DNA of 64,000 nucleotides from Paramoeba atlantica. Lineage: Eukaryota; Protista; Discosea. Positions 51,917 through 61,900 of the stretch are shown piece after piece (position 1 is the stretch's first letter; each line of letters opens with the position of its first letter). The stretch lies in assembly GCA_977017575.1 (NCBI GenBank), contig CDRNVI010000020.1, forward strand, positions 124,001 through 188,000. The letters are read 5' to 3'. The position numbers and the translations under genes are program-made. The notes beneath the pieces were generated by a model that was given only the letters and a program-made list of their open reading frames with translations, was not told the DNA's origin and did no database searches.

Positions 51917-52305
51917 CGTGCCTAGCTTCTTGGTAGGTTGCGCAACCATTTGCTTTTCCCATTGCTTTTTTTACTTTCTTTTGACTCGACACAGAATGCT
52001 AAACTTAAACACTATTTATTATTACCAGAAATTAGTAGGAGCAAAACAAAGACCTGTAACTTTTACTAACTGCTTAGTACGTATCCGATTCCGATTATAC
52101 CACTAAAAGTGCTACTCTATATTTCGTGCTTGTATACCCTAATACATGGTATACTGAACTCTTTAAGATTTATACCAGAAATGGTTGGACCTCTGTCAGA
52201 GGGGGTCCTTACCATACGCCATTTTTGTCACCTAAACCACACTCCACTTTACGTGTTTATCAACATACACTTCAACCAAGTTGTATATTTTACTCCGTAC
52301 TCTCC

Positions 52306-53904
52306 ATGCATTCTACCCAACTCCTATCCTCTTTACGAGCCTTCTCAAAGCTCAACCCCCCGACTCACATCACCCACCACCTCCATACCTTCCCTCCCCC
52401 TATCACATCCCCCACCACACATCCCTATTCCACCCACCCCGAACTCACCCCCACCCAACAAACCTTTCTCACCAACTTCCGTACCCGACTCGCCTCCGAG
52501 CCCGGACCTCAAGATTTTGACCTGTTTACTCCTCCCAACAACACCAACACACAAGATATTCTGGGGAGTATCTCTACGTCTCTCAACAATAATAACAACA
52601 ACAACAACACCACACAGAATATAGAGACCATTTCTACGCCTCCCAACAACACCAACACCACACAGAATATAGAGACCATCTCTATGTCTCCCAGCAACAA
52701 CAACACACAGACTGTAGAGACGATCTCTACGCCCCACAACAGTTCTGTTTCTACTTCCTCCTCCCCCTCCCTCCCCACCACGACCTACCCTATCAACATT
52801 CCCTCCCCCACCACCCGCGGCCGCTCCCCCCTCCCCCCGTGGCTGCGCCTCGCCCTCCCCAAGGGCCCCCGCGCCTACCCCCACTACCTGCGCCTCAAGG
52901 CCCAGATGCGCGCCCACCGCCTGTCCACGGTGTGCGAGGAGGCACGGTGCCCCAACATCGGGGAGTGCTGGGGGGGCGGGGACTCCGGGGTCGCCACCGC
53001 CACCGTCATGATGATGGGCCACGAGTGCACCCGGGGGTGCCGGTTCTGTAGCGTCCAGACCCGGCGCCACCCGAGGCCGCTGGAGGAGGGGGAGCCGCGG
53101 CGGATTGGAGACGCCCTGCGGGGGCTGAACCTGTCCTACGTCGTGCTTACGATGGTGGACCGGGATGATCTTCCGGATGGGGGGGCGGGGCATGTGGTGA
53201 GGACGATTGGGGAGATTTTGCGGGGGAGGAGGGAGGGGAGAGGGGAAGGTGATGACCAACAAAAGGAGGATTTGGTTATGAAACCGGGTAACTCCACCGA
53301 ACATGAGATTACGCCGCACGAAGGGGACAGCGAAAAGGTATTGGAATCTTGTGTTGTGTCAGGGGGTGACGACTCACGGGATCTTCTCATTGAGTGTCTT
53401 GTGGGTGATTTCCGCGGGAAGCAGAGTAGCATTGAGAAAGTCGCACATAGTGGTTTGCATGTTTATGCCCACAACTTGGAAGTGGTTAGGCGGATTACTC
53501 CCTATATTAGGGACCGTCGTGCGTCGTACGACCAGTCCTTACAGGTGCTGCGGTACGCGAAATCGGTAAACCCAAAGCTATTCACAAAGTCGAGTCTCAT
53601 GGTGGGGCTCGGGGAGACTATGCGCGAGGTGGAAGAATCCATGCGGGATCTCAAAGACGCGGGGGTAGACTTCCTCACCCTGGGTCAATATCTGCAGCCT
53701 GACCGCAGCCGCAAAAAAGTCGAGCGTTTTGTTCACCCCGATGAATTTGAACACTACAAGTCTTACGGCGAGAATTTGGGGTTTCTCTATGTTGCCAGTG
53801 GTCCCATGGTGCGTTCCAGCTACAAGGCAGGAGAACTCTTCATTCGGAACGTAGTTCAGGGGAAAAGACAGTCCCGGCAATTAGAAAATTCTCCACAAAT
53901 CTGA
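52306..53904 (+). CDS. LIAS: Lipoyl synthase, mitochondrial
   Basis: TVCEEARCPNIGECWGG, CTRGCRFC (radical SAM), VDRDDLPDGGA, YAHNLE, TLGQYLQP, GPMVRSSY; ATG 52306 with a presequence-like start. Confidence 0.96.
   Translation: MHSTQLLSSLRAFSKLNPPTHITHHLHTFPPPITSPTTHPYSTHPELTPTQQTFLTNFRTRLASEPGPQDFDLFTPPNNTNTQDILGSISTSLNNNNNNNNTTQNIETISTPPNNTNTTQNIETISMSPSNNNTQTVETISTPHNSSVSTSSSPSLPTTTYPINIPSPTTRGRSPLPPWLRLALPKGPRAYPHYLRLKAQMRAHRLSTVCEEARCPNIGECWGGGDSGVATATVMMMGHECTRGCRFCSVQTRRHPRPLEEGEPRRIGDALRGLNLSYVVLTMVDRDDLPDGGAGHVVRTIGEILRGRREGRGEGDDQQKEDLVMKPGNSTEHEITPHEGDSEKVLESCVVSGGDDSRDLLIECLVGDFRGKQSSIEKVAHSGLHVYAHNLEVVRRITPYIRDRRASYDQSLQVLRYAKSVNPKLFTKSSLMVGLGETMREVEESMRDLKDAGVDFLTLGQYLQPDRSRKKVERFVHPDEFEHYKSYGENLGFLYVASGPMVRSSYKAGELFIRNVVQGKRQSRQLENSPQI
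52531..52740 (+). repeat. Coding N/T-rich minisatellite in the LIAS N-terminus
   Basis: Units PPNNTNT(T)Q.IETIS[T/M]; caacaccacacagaatatagagaccat recurs at a 48-nt spacing; (aac)n tract. Confidence 0.85.
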
Positions 53905-54045
53905 AGAAAATCTTTTCAAATAGAAACATCTAGCATAATTCTAAAGAATCTTTTATGATCTAGCGTGATCTCATGTAGTATCGCAAGATCACCTTAGATC
54001 GTTCATTTCTTAAACATTTGTTTGTTTAATATTGGCTTCATATTG

Positions 54046-54627
54046 ATGCGCCGACTTCACCGTTTGGTGTCCTGTGTCGGTACATTGGTTGTCCCTACAG
54101 CTGTCCGACACTGCGCCACCTCGACCAAGAAATACGATCTGTTTGGATATGAAGTGAGTACCAACACCCAACCCTGGATGGAAAAAATTAAAAAAGTGCA
54201 ATATTACGACGAAGCTGGAGATCTAATGGTGCAAATGAATCTTCAAAACACTCCGCCCGACCTAGCGACGTACAACACCGCGCTTCAAAGAATCTACGAG
54301 TGCGAGAAGAAGCAAAAGGATGCAACACCCGGGGAAAGTAAAGTGTGTGCGATGTTGGACATCATTGAGGAAATGGAGCACCGGAACAAGATCAAGTCGA
54401 ATGGTGAGACCTGGAGTTGGGTAATGAAGGCCTGTGTGCAGTGCGGCAACTTCCGTGTAGGTCGGGTTGTCGAGGCGTGCATGGCACACGACCACGGGGG
54501 ATGTCCAGAAGATCTGGTACGGGACAATGAGGCAAACGCGCAGAAAGCCACAGCCGAGGGAAAAGAACATCCCGGAAATTTATCAAAGCAAACGGCACTA
54601 TTTGATACAGTTAGTGCTACAACTTAA
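54046..54627 (+). CDS. F1-ATP synthase subunit p18 (Euglenozoa-specific, PPR-like)
   Basis: KYDLFGYEVSTNTQPWMEKIKK..YYDEAG, PPDLATYN, AMLDIIEEMEHRN, WSWVMKAC, EGKEHPG closely follow trypanosomatid p18 as I recall it. Confidence 0.92.
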   Translation: MRRLHRLVSCVGTLVVPTAVRHCATSTKKYDLFGYEVSTNTQPWMEKIKKVQYYDEAGDLMVQMNLQNTPPDLATYNTALQRIYECEKKQKDATPGESKVCAMLDIIEEMEHRNKIKSNGETWSWVMKACVQCGNFRVGRVVEACMAHDHGGCPEDLVRDNEANAQKATAEGKEHPGNLSKQTALFDTVSATT

Positions 54628-55101
54628 TATTAAATGTACCCCCACCGCCGGCGATCTGCTCTACTATATTACATAACATGCCACACAATGTAGTATATTC
54701 TTGGCGTTTTTACGCTTTTAATGCTACAATACTCAATATTCTGCAAACATTATATGAAGCTTGTATCGATTAAAAAATGTATTTTAAATGTACCCAAACA
54801 CTATTGAACTTTGGAACAGTACTGACCAGCAGCTTTGTCTGACTGACGCCAACGTAATCTTTTCTGCGTTTATGTACTTTTAAGGTTTCCGTGAATACAT
54901 ACTTGCAAAGGTTGCGCGGCTATACGTTGTATCTTTGTAATAGTCCAGCAGATTCCGATATCCGCTTGATACAAATTTTAAAGGGTGTGCTACAATTTTA
55001 TTTTGTCTAACGTACGAATTTTAATATTACACGTTCTATCTTTTCTTGTTTTGACTTGAATACACAAGTAAATATTTCGAGATGCTGTCGAGCAAGTGGG
55101 A

Positions 55102-56391
55102 ATGTCCATGATAGGGATGATCGGAAAACTCATGGTTAGGAGTGCAGGAGTTGCCTCTACTAAGTTCTTTACGCGCGGAAATTTATCGACACCCATTCTA
55201 AACAAGTTACAGTCTTTTAGTTTTTGTTGTTTTCACGGAACCTCTGCTTTACTCACAACTAAGAAGAAAAAAAGAAACAAAAAGAAAAACGCTCAAAAAA
55301 ATGCTCAAGAGCAAAATAATATACCGTATTTGGGTGTCAGAGAGAGCCGATTTAAGCTAGAAAGGGAAATAGGTTCAAGCGAGACACGGCAAATACGTAA
55401 AATGGCGCATATCGATCAAGTACGAAGAGCAGTTTTCCGGCAGATAGATAGGGCGGAGAGTCGTGCAGCGAAACGGCGTTTCCGCGCTTCTCGGAATACT
55501 CCAGACCCCGGCGGCAACCCATCCTTTGTAGAGCAGTCTCGAAGCATGTGTCAGAAGGTGCTGATCACTCTTAGTCAGTGGAAGATGGAGGACTGGGTTC
55601 GTCACATGGTCACGGATCTGTTTTATTGTGTTGGAACGGAAGGATGGAACGTAGTACGAGCCAGCTGCCGAAGGCGTAAACATACCATCGAGCCGCTACC
55701 GGTCAGTTCCTCTGCGGTTTTTATTGATGCCTCGCGTCATGGCTGGGGACTGGTTCACCTCGCGCCTACACGTTTTGCCATCGAAAGTGCTGCGTACAGC
55801 TTGGAATTTATAAGGCGCGGTACCCATGACGAGGAGCTCTTGGCGGCCGTACATGGAATTACACATGCGCTGGCCACGTTTACTGGACTGCGGACCTTGC
55901 ATGTTTTCAGTGATGCTATAGGACTTGTTCGTGCACTGGAACAAATCAAGTTTGAGAAATGCCTCTTACCAGATGCAGATTTAATACTGCGAGGGGCGGA
56001 TCGAAGGCGCGAACAGTTTGTAGAAAAACGACAATGGATATGGATCAAGGAACTGCAAAATTTACTGTTCGAAGAAAATTGTCATTTACAAGTGCACTGG
56101 ATTCCGGGCATACTCAACATCGCTGATCCTGTTACGCGGGGCTTGTTTCCTAGCGTAGTTCAAGGTTCTAGTGCAAAATATCATGTCTCTGCGAAGCCTC
56201 CCTCATCGGCACGCCAAACACCAGGAATGGCTAACCCGGGCGTGATAAATCTTTTTGCAGGTATATACCCGACACCTACACCAGGATGTAAAAGTGCCAT
56301 GAGGGGAGGAAAATCTAAGAGCAAGAATCAAAGTAAAAAAGCCATCAGAAAAGAGCGGAAACGAGCGAAAAGAAAAAATAGGCAGAAATGA
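55102..56391 (+). CDS. Stand-alone DIRS-type RNase H domain protein with basic termini
   Basis: VFIDASRHGWG, EELLAAVHG, VFSDA, WIPGILNIADPVTR give four RNase H acidic residues. No RT motifs upstream. ATG at 55102 or 55132. Confidence 0.72.
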   Translation: MSMIGMIGKLMVRSAGVASTKFFTRGNLSTPILNKLQSFSFCCFHGTSALLTTKKKKRNKKKNAQKNAQEQNNIPYLGVRESRFKLEREIGSSETRQIRKMAHIDQVRRAVFRQIDRAESRAAKRRFRASRNTPDPGGNPSFVEQSRSMCQKVLITLSQWKMEDWVRHMVTDLFYCVGTEGWNVVRASCRRRKHTIEPLPVSSSAVFIDASRHGWGLVHLAPTRFAIESAAYSLEFIRRGTHDEELLAAVHGITHALATFTGLRTLHVFSDAIGLVRALEQIKFEKCLLPDADLILRGADRRREQFVEKRQWIWIKELQNLLFEENCHLQVHWIPGILNIADPVTRGLFPSVVQGSSAKYHVSAKPPSSARQTPGMANPGVINLFAGIYPTPTPGCKSAMRGGKSKSKNQSKKAIRKERKRAKRKNRQK

Positions 56392-56782
56392 TACAATTTA
56401 AATTGTACGATATTTTCCACTCTTCGACACGTTGGAAGGATTTTTACAGATTCTCTCACATGGCTCTCAGACGGTACTTTGATCCACCCACTTTGAATTG
56501 CTGTAGCATACACGTTCCGATAAATAGAACTTCCATGTACATGTACATGTACATCAACCTTTTCGTATGTACATATACATCAACCGTTTTTTTTGAATCA
56601 ACCTATTCATATCACCCTATAACCAAGAGTCCTTTTATGGATTTTTCTGAGTAATAATTTAGTGTTTCTCGTCCTATAACCATACGTACATTTGCATCAA
56701 ATTAATTTTCCTAACAATGGCGTCCGCGCACCACATGCACAAGCGAGATGAAAAATTCATGTATCAAGTTCCTTAATGAGTG

Positions 56783-58582
56783 ATGTCATCACCGAATATC
56801 AAGGGGCAAGAGCTGGAAGGGAAATGCGTCTTGTTTGTCAGGACGAGTAGTGACAGTCGAGTCGTCGCCTATCGCACACTGTACGAATCGGGAGTTCGCA
56901 TAGTGATGGTACACCCCCATGTTGTAAGTTGGGCGACTCCTTACGTGTGGAAATGGATTCTTACCGACACGCAGAAGGTTGAGCCTATGATAGCACATGT
57001 GCAACAGGAAATTGAGTCGTTACAAGTAAGAAGTTACCCATCGGAAGCTCTTATTGACGGTGTTCTCTCCTTCGACGAGTATGGGGTTTATCCAGCCGCG
57101 GCGCTAGCAACTGCTCTGGGTAAAATTTCGTGTCCTGCGCCTGTCGAGGTAATCCGTTGCACTCATGACAAAGCTCGATTTAGAAATTGGTGCCACGACA
57201 CAGGGTTGTGCGCCCCATGGAGTCGTAGCATTCGTACGTTGGGCGAACTACAAGGAATTCTTCGCTTATTGGCGGACAATGAAGGCGGGCTAATCACTGA
57301 TGCAGACCGAATGTCTAAAATAGAAACGGGAACAAAAATGCGAGCAGTGCACTGCTCGCACTTGATACAATTTCCTTTAATTGTAAAGCCCAATCCCGGT
57401 GCTGGTGGGGCTTTGGTACAAAAATGCGAAGACTATGCACAACTCAAGTGTGCAGCTCAAAACGTATTGAGTATTCTCAATAAATCAAATGGCGGAAACA
57501 TTCCAACGCCACCCACTTTACCTTATGAAGAAAACGTGAGCGACGAATCCGAACGCGTGAATACTGAGCAATCGCCATCGACTCCTATCCGCTGCTTGTC
57601 AAACACACAATCTGCTTTCAATGAGAAGGAACGAGATCACTGGAATGCACTAGGTACACCACTCTCTGTGCTAATTGAAGAATACATAGAAGGCCCAGAA
57701 GTGGACATTGACTGCGTCATTCACCATGGAGACTTACAGTATGCCTTGGTTTCTGATAATTGCGCTCCGCATAGTGCGCCATATTTTGTGGAATCGGGAG
57801 GACTAGCCCCAAGTGCGCTACCGAGCGAGGCGCTGGAGAAGCTCATTTGTCTCACAAGAAAGTTTGTTGCCATACATGGCTCGCAATTAAACACTGTTAT
57901 GCATTTTGAAGCCAAATATGACATGCGCAGAAATAAAGCATACGTTGTAGAAGTCAACCTCAGACTCGGCGCTGCGGAAACGCACGCGCTGAATTTAGCT
58001 GTCACAGGAATTGATCTGGCAGTACAATATTGTCGCATCGCGTGCGGACTTTCTCCTACCATTCATGCTCGTGCGAAAGCCGCATATCCGATTAAGGAAC
58101 ATGTCTGGAAGCTTGCGGAAAATACGTTTTTACGAAACTGTTCGCTTCCTGTCACCGCGCATCCCACAGTGAAATTTATCAGTGCAATTCACGTTGAACA
58201 CCCTACTACACCCCTTTTGAACGCAGGAAACTCTGAAACTTCCAAATCATCGGACAACACAAACACGTTTCACTTTATCACCCCAGCTTTATATCCGCAT
58301 ACGCTCTCAGCGAACCAATATGTCGCTACTTTAAACTTCCCTCCATGTTCGGTGGCAGCAGTTTTGCGTGATCAATGGGTGGTACCGAGTGTTCTCGATG
58401 ACCCTTGTTACGTAGGACATCAGCTGTACTGGTCTGTGGGCCAGGAACTTCACCCACCACCCCATCGAAGCACGGCATTGGGTTGGATTGCAGCACGTGG
58501 TTGCACGCCACAATCCGCAAGGGACAGCTTAGAAAAGCTGGCCTCCCAGGTTCATTTTCAGTTCGCACTTTTAGAAGGGTAA
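56783..58582 (+). CDS. ATP-grasp ligase (carnosine synthase / L-amino-acid ligase-like)
   Basis: DGVLSFDE, DKARFR, FPLIVKP..GAGG, LIEEYIEGPEVDID, HFEAK, VEVNLRLG. Confidence 0.85.
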   Translation: MSSPNIKGQELEGKCVLFVRTSSDSRVVAYRTLYESGVRIVMVHPHVVSWATPYVWKWILTDTQKVEPMIAHVQQEIESLQVRSYPSEALIDGVLSFDEYGVYPAAALATALGKISCPAPVEVIRCTHDKARFRNWCHDTGLCAPWSRSIRTLGELQGILRLLADNEGGLITDADRMSKIETGTKMRAVHCSHLIQFPLIVKPNPGAGGALVQKCEDYAQLKCAAQNVLSILNKSNGGNIPTPPTLPYEENVSDESERVNTEQSPSTPIRCLSNTQSAFNEKERDHWNALGTPLSVLIEEYIEGPEVDIDCVIHHGDLQYALVSDNCAPHSAPYFVESGGLAPSALPSEALEKLICLTRKFVAIHGSQLNTVMHFEAKYDMRRNKAYVVEVNLRLGAAETHALNLAVTGIDLAVQYCRIACGLSPTIHARAKAAYPIKEHVWKLAENTFLRNCSLPVTAHPTVKFISAIHVEHPTTPLLNAGNSETSKSSDNTNTFHFITPALYPHTLSANQYVATLNFPPCSVAAVLRDQWVVPSVLDDPCYVGHQLYWSVGQELHPPPHRSTALGWIAARGCTPQSARDSLEKLASQVHFQFALLEG

Positions 58583-58773
58583 GGAAGGTGCCTATGGGCT
58601 TTTTATGTATCAATTTGCTTGGAGGCTGCAAAGTTTATTCTGAATCGTTAAGAAAAAATGTAAAGCGCTAATTCTAGGTTTCCTGACTGATGGTCAGCGC
58701 ATTTATGAATGTTTTGGATTTACCAAATATTAAGTCATAAACCTCTACACAAATACTTTAAGATTTTTCATTC

Positions 58774-59418
58774 ATGAATAGTAGCAAAAAGGCCGTTATT
58801 TGCTACCTAGCACAGCGCTTTCGAGGTCATACAGCACCTGTAGTTTCCCATTGTTCTCTCCGATCAGGCACGATAGACTCCGCCATTCCCATTTTTACGT
58901 CGAATATTCGGCAGGCGAGCTCAAGTGCAAGAGGTTGGGAGATGTTTAATCATACTCACGACTCTGCGAACACGTTCTCGGGCGAAGCACGCGAGCAGGA
59001 ACTTTTTCTTCTCCACAGTGATCCTCTTCACGTTTTGGGATTAAATGCGGCCACGGCAACAAAAGATGACATTGAAAGGTCTTTTAAAACTAAATCCGCA
59101 GTTTGTGACCCCAACTCCCCACATGGTCGTGCCAGAGCGTCTGAGCTTAAGCAGGCTCGGGCACTACTCTTAGACCCAACGTCAGCGTATTATCGAGGCA
59201 CGCGGGTTCCTGGGGATCCTGCACGTATGCGACTTTTTATGAGACTCCTACCTGCGCGGCAACGCAGGATGGGGTATATTTATTCCTTTGTTATGGGGGT
59301 TGTTTTATTCGTACTTATATTTTGTTTTCTTCGAAGTTTGTTTACCCCTCTTTTGGTATCCCGACGGCACATACGTCAGTCTGTAAAAAGCGCTAATGCG
59401 CGACGAAACCTTGATTAA
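58774..59418 (+). CDS. Probable mitochondrial membrane protein with a J-like domain (no HPD)
   Basis: Presequence-like N-terminus; DPLHVLGL...DDIERSFK...ELKQARALLLDP resembles a DnaJ helix pattern; C-terminal TM segment. Confidence 0.55.
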   Translation: MNSSKKAVICYLAQRFRGHTAPVVSHCSLRSGTIDSAIPIFTSNIRQASSSARGWEMFNHTHDSANTFSGEAREQELFLLHSDPLHVLGLNAATATKDDIERSFKTKSAVCDPNSPHGRARASELKQARALLLDPTSAYYRGTRVPGDPARMRLFMRLLPARQRRMGYIYSFVMGVVLFVLIFCFLRSLFTPLLVSRRHIRQSVKSANARRNLD

Positions 59419-60030
59419 TTGCGATGCCCAACTTGCACAGTGCAAGTCTAGGTGGGACATGGAAAGACCCTTGCTACTGCGGGATCTGAAACCGTGAGTT
59501 TTCCTCGCTGGAACCGTGAAAAAATATTTATCGTAAACCCCCTATAAACAGATCCCCCAGTAACAAGGATTTGACTCGGAAGACTGGTTGGACGGGAGCA
59601 GGGGTGTTGGAAGAGTGGGGTTGGCTGAGCGGACCGATAGTGGTTGAGCAGGCGCCGATGGCGTAATTGCGAGGTTAGCTGGGCAGAAAACCAACGCACT
59701 GATGAAAAGGCCAAATGTGGGTGCGCCCAAGAGAAGTGGAGTTGTCCCGCGGTGATCGGGATGATCGACGGGATGAGTCAGCGCACGTCTGGCACATCCG
59801 ATGGGAGGGGGAAAATTGCAAGTTTCGAAAACGTATTTTTCTGTGAACAATGAAAAGTTTAAGAGACAGGAAGCGCATTATTTAAATATGCGCATATTAG
59901 GCAGCACGTAGCTCTTCGAGAGCTCTCGAATGCGGTGCTATTTTCCAAAATCGGCCAAGTTTTACGACCTTTGACCCCCCATCTTTCCGTGCCACCCCCT
60001 GTATGTCTTTAGTTCGTGCTAACAACATTT

Positions 60031-60106
60031 ATGATGAATCTCATGCAATATAGCATCACAATCTTTCTGACAGCACCATGAGAGAAATCACACGGACCTG
60101 CACTGA
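60031..60106 (+). ncRNA. Box C/D snoRNA, U25/snR56-like (SSU rRNA Gm guide)
   Basis: C box atgatga (60031), D' ctga (60067), C' atgaga (60078), D ctga (60103). Guide cacggacctgca is complementary to the conserved SSU segment GCAGGUCUGUG (one G:U). Confidence 0.75.
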
Positions 60107-60202
60107 ATATCTAGAGTAATATTCGAATCGGGAGTTTAGTACAATTGCTCAGCAAGTTTAGTACAGCTTCGGTAATGCGAAGCAGCTTCGCTTAGCAAGG
60201 TA

Positions 60203-61243
60203 CCATCCCCCCCTACATAATTGTCACCCCCCTACTTATTTGTCAGTTCTGAGAAAAGATGAATTCACCCTCCCCCTACATAATTGTCAGTCGGACAAAA
60301 CAGGCGTTGCGAAGGGGCGCTGATTTTTTTTTGCGATTAGCTGCGTTTTTAACATACAGTGTAGATTACCCCGCCTCATGGTTCTCCGAGGCAGAAGCAG
60401 ATTATGGGCCACAGTATCCCTCAATCCCACTCTCTCTCCCCTCCACACCACAGTAACCTCAACCCCACTCTTTCTCTCCCCTCCGCAGTATATTGAAACA
60501 GTATATTGAAACAAAATTATTTGTTTCCTCATTTTTGGGTAATTTTTTTAACGAACAACCTTGTTAATGTAACCCTAAGCTTTGCGGGGAATTTTTAAAG
60601 AGAATGCCTGGTACCCCTAGACCAGCAAAACACATCCTTTTTAGTTTTTCATTTTTTTTAGACTTTTTTTTCATTAAATTTCTCATTTTTGATTAATAAT
60701 CGAGGGTAGAGCGGTAGTTCTATAAAGTGACACGCCATTTTACGCGATTTTCGGCGTCTTATCATGCGTACTTGAATCAAAATCATGCGCATCGAAACTT
60801 TTGATGCGCTAACTAAAAATTGAAGGTCACTATTGCTGTAACATGCTCATCCTTTAAAGCAGAATTAGGCTATTTTTCGAAGCGAGTAGTGCTGTGCTTT
60901 GAGAAGATCATGATCGACACGCAAGGTTAACCCGCAAGTCATACATCTCCCTAGTACGGATAGTACGTACTAAGTACTTGCCAAGTACTCCGCCAGGTGC
61001 TTTTGTTTTGTCTTTTCGCGTTCTGCCCTGCAGTTCTTTCGGTTCCTTGGAGGCGTTCTTGGCTGTCGTGACTTCATCCGTGTCTGAAGTAGACCTCAAT
61101 CACATCATTCATACTCGTTGGCCCGCTGGTGTTCACTGGTTCGCTGGTTCAGTGAACGAAACAGCGAACCCATCTAGAAACCTTGACTTAAAAAAATTAT
61201 CTGTCGCACCCCTCGAAAAGTAACGACAGATAACTAGGGGGGG
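60203..61243. mobile_element. Possible non-autonomous TIR element (~1.04 kb)
   Basis: Left end TA-ccatccccccctacataattgtc with the motif cccctac(a/t)ta(a/t)ttgtca x3; right end gacagataactaggggggg-TA is an inverted match. No transposase inside. Confidence 0.4.
60610..60719 (+). repeat. Truncated copy C of the ~270-bp repeat family
   Basis: T-rich tract followed by aataatcgagggtagagcggtagtt (60695-60719), identical to 4116-4140 and 4992-5016. Confidence 0.75.
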
Positions 61244-61900
61244 TACAGTAATTTGACTTGTGGTCATTGTATTTGAATTATTATCATTATTGGTTGTGCC
61301 ATTGTACTTAGAATAAACTGTATAGAATTGTGTATAGAATAAACTCTACCTCAGCTTCCCCTGCCAAAAGGGTTATACATCTCTAAATGATGATTAATAG
61401 TTTCGGTCCGTTGGAATTCAGGCGTTCTGTCTGTTTATGAAAAGAAACATTCTATAAGCACGACTAGTATCTGAAACTGTATGGATACCCTTCAATAAAA
61501 CTTGGAAACCATTAGCTTTCTTATTTCAAATTGGAACAAAGTAATATAAAGTATAAAATTTATAGTATAAAGCATAAACTTTACACTGTAAAGTTTACAG
61601 TGTAAACTTCATGATACTGTATTTATCAAATTAAAGTGAAAATTGCACCACTTTGTATAATAGCACTGTTCGGGTGAATAGTCCTATACCGGAATACGAT
61701 TTTTGCTAGGACAGCAGATGTCGCAAGGGTACTTAATATTGCGAACCTTCCTCCTTGAGCTCTTTTCCTCCCCATTTATACTCTACTCTTTGTCTCGCTT
61801 TCATGTGAAACAAATACAGCGTACAAATTTGGATTCAGAAGAACTGCTAATTTATCCTATAGTGCAATCATTTACTTTCTTATAACTTGTCACTCTCACT

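Noticed and set aside
59448-59878. Minus-strand ORFs including an ILVTGGSVYRG Rossmann-like word
   Set aside because: TTG start, ORF ends shortly after the motif, antisense to the polycistron; likely chance.
61387-61474. Second possible C/D snoRNA (atgatga ... ctga, 88 nt)
   Set aside because: No convincing D'/C' pair and I could not match a guide to rRNA with confidence; would need snoScan with the organism's rRNA.
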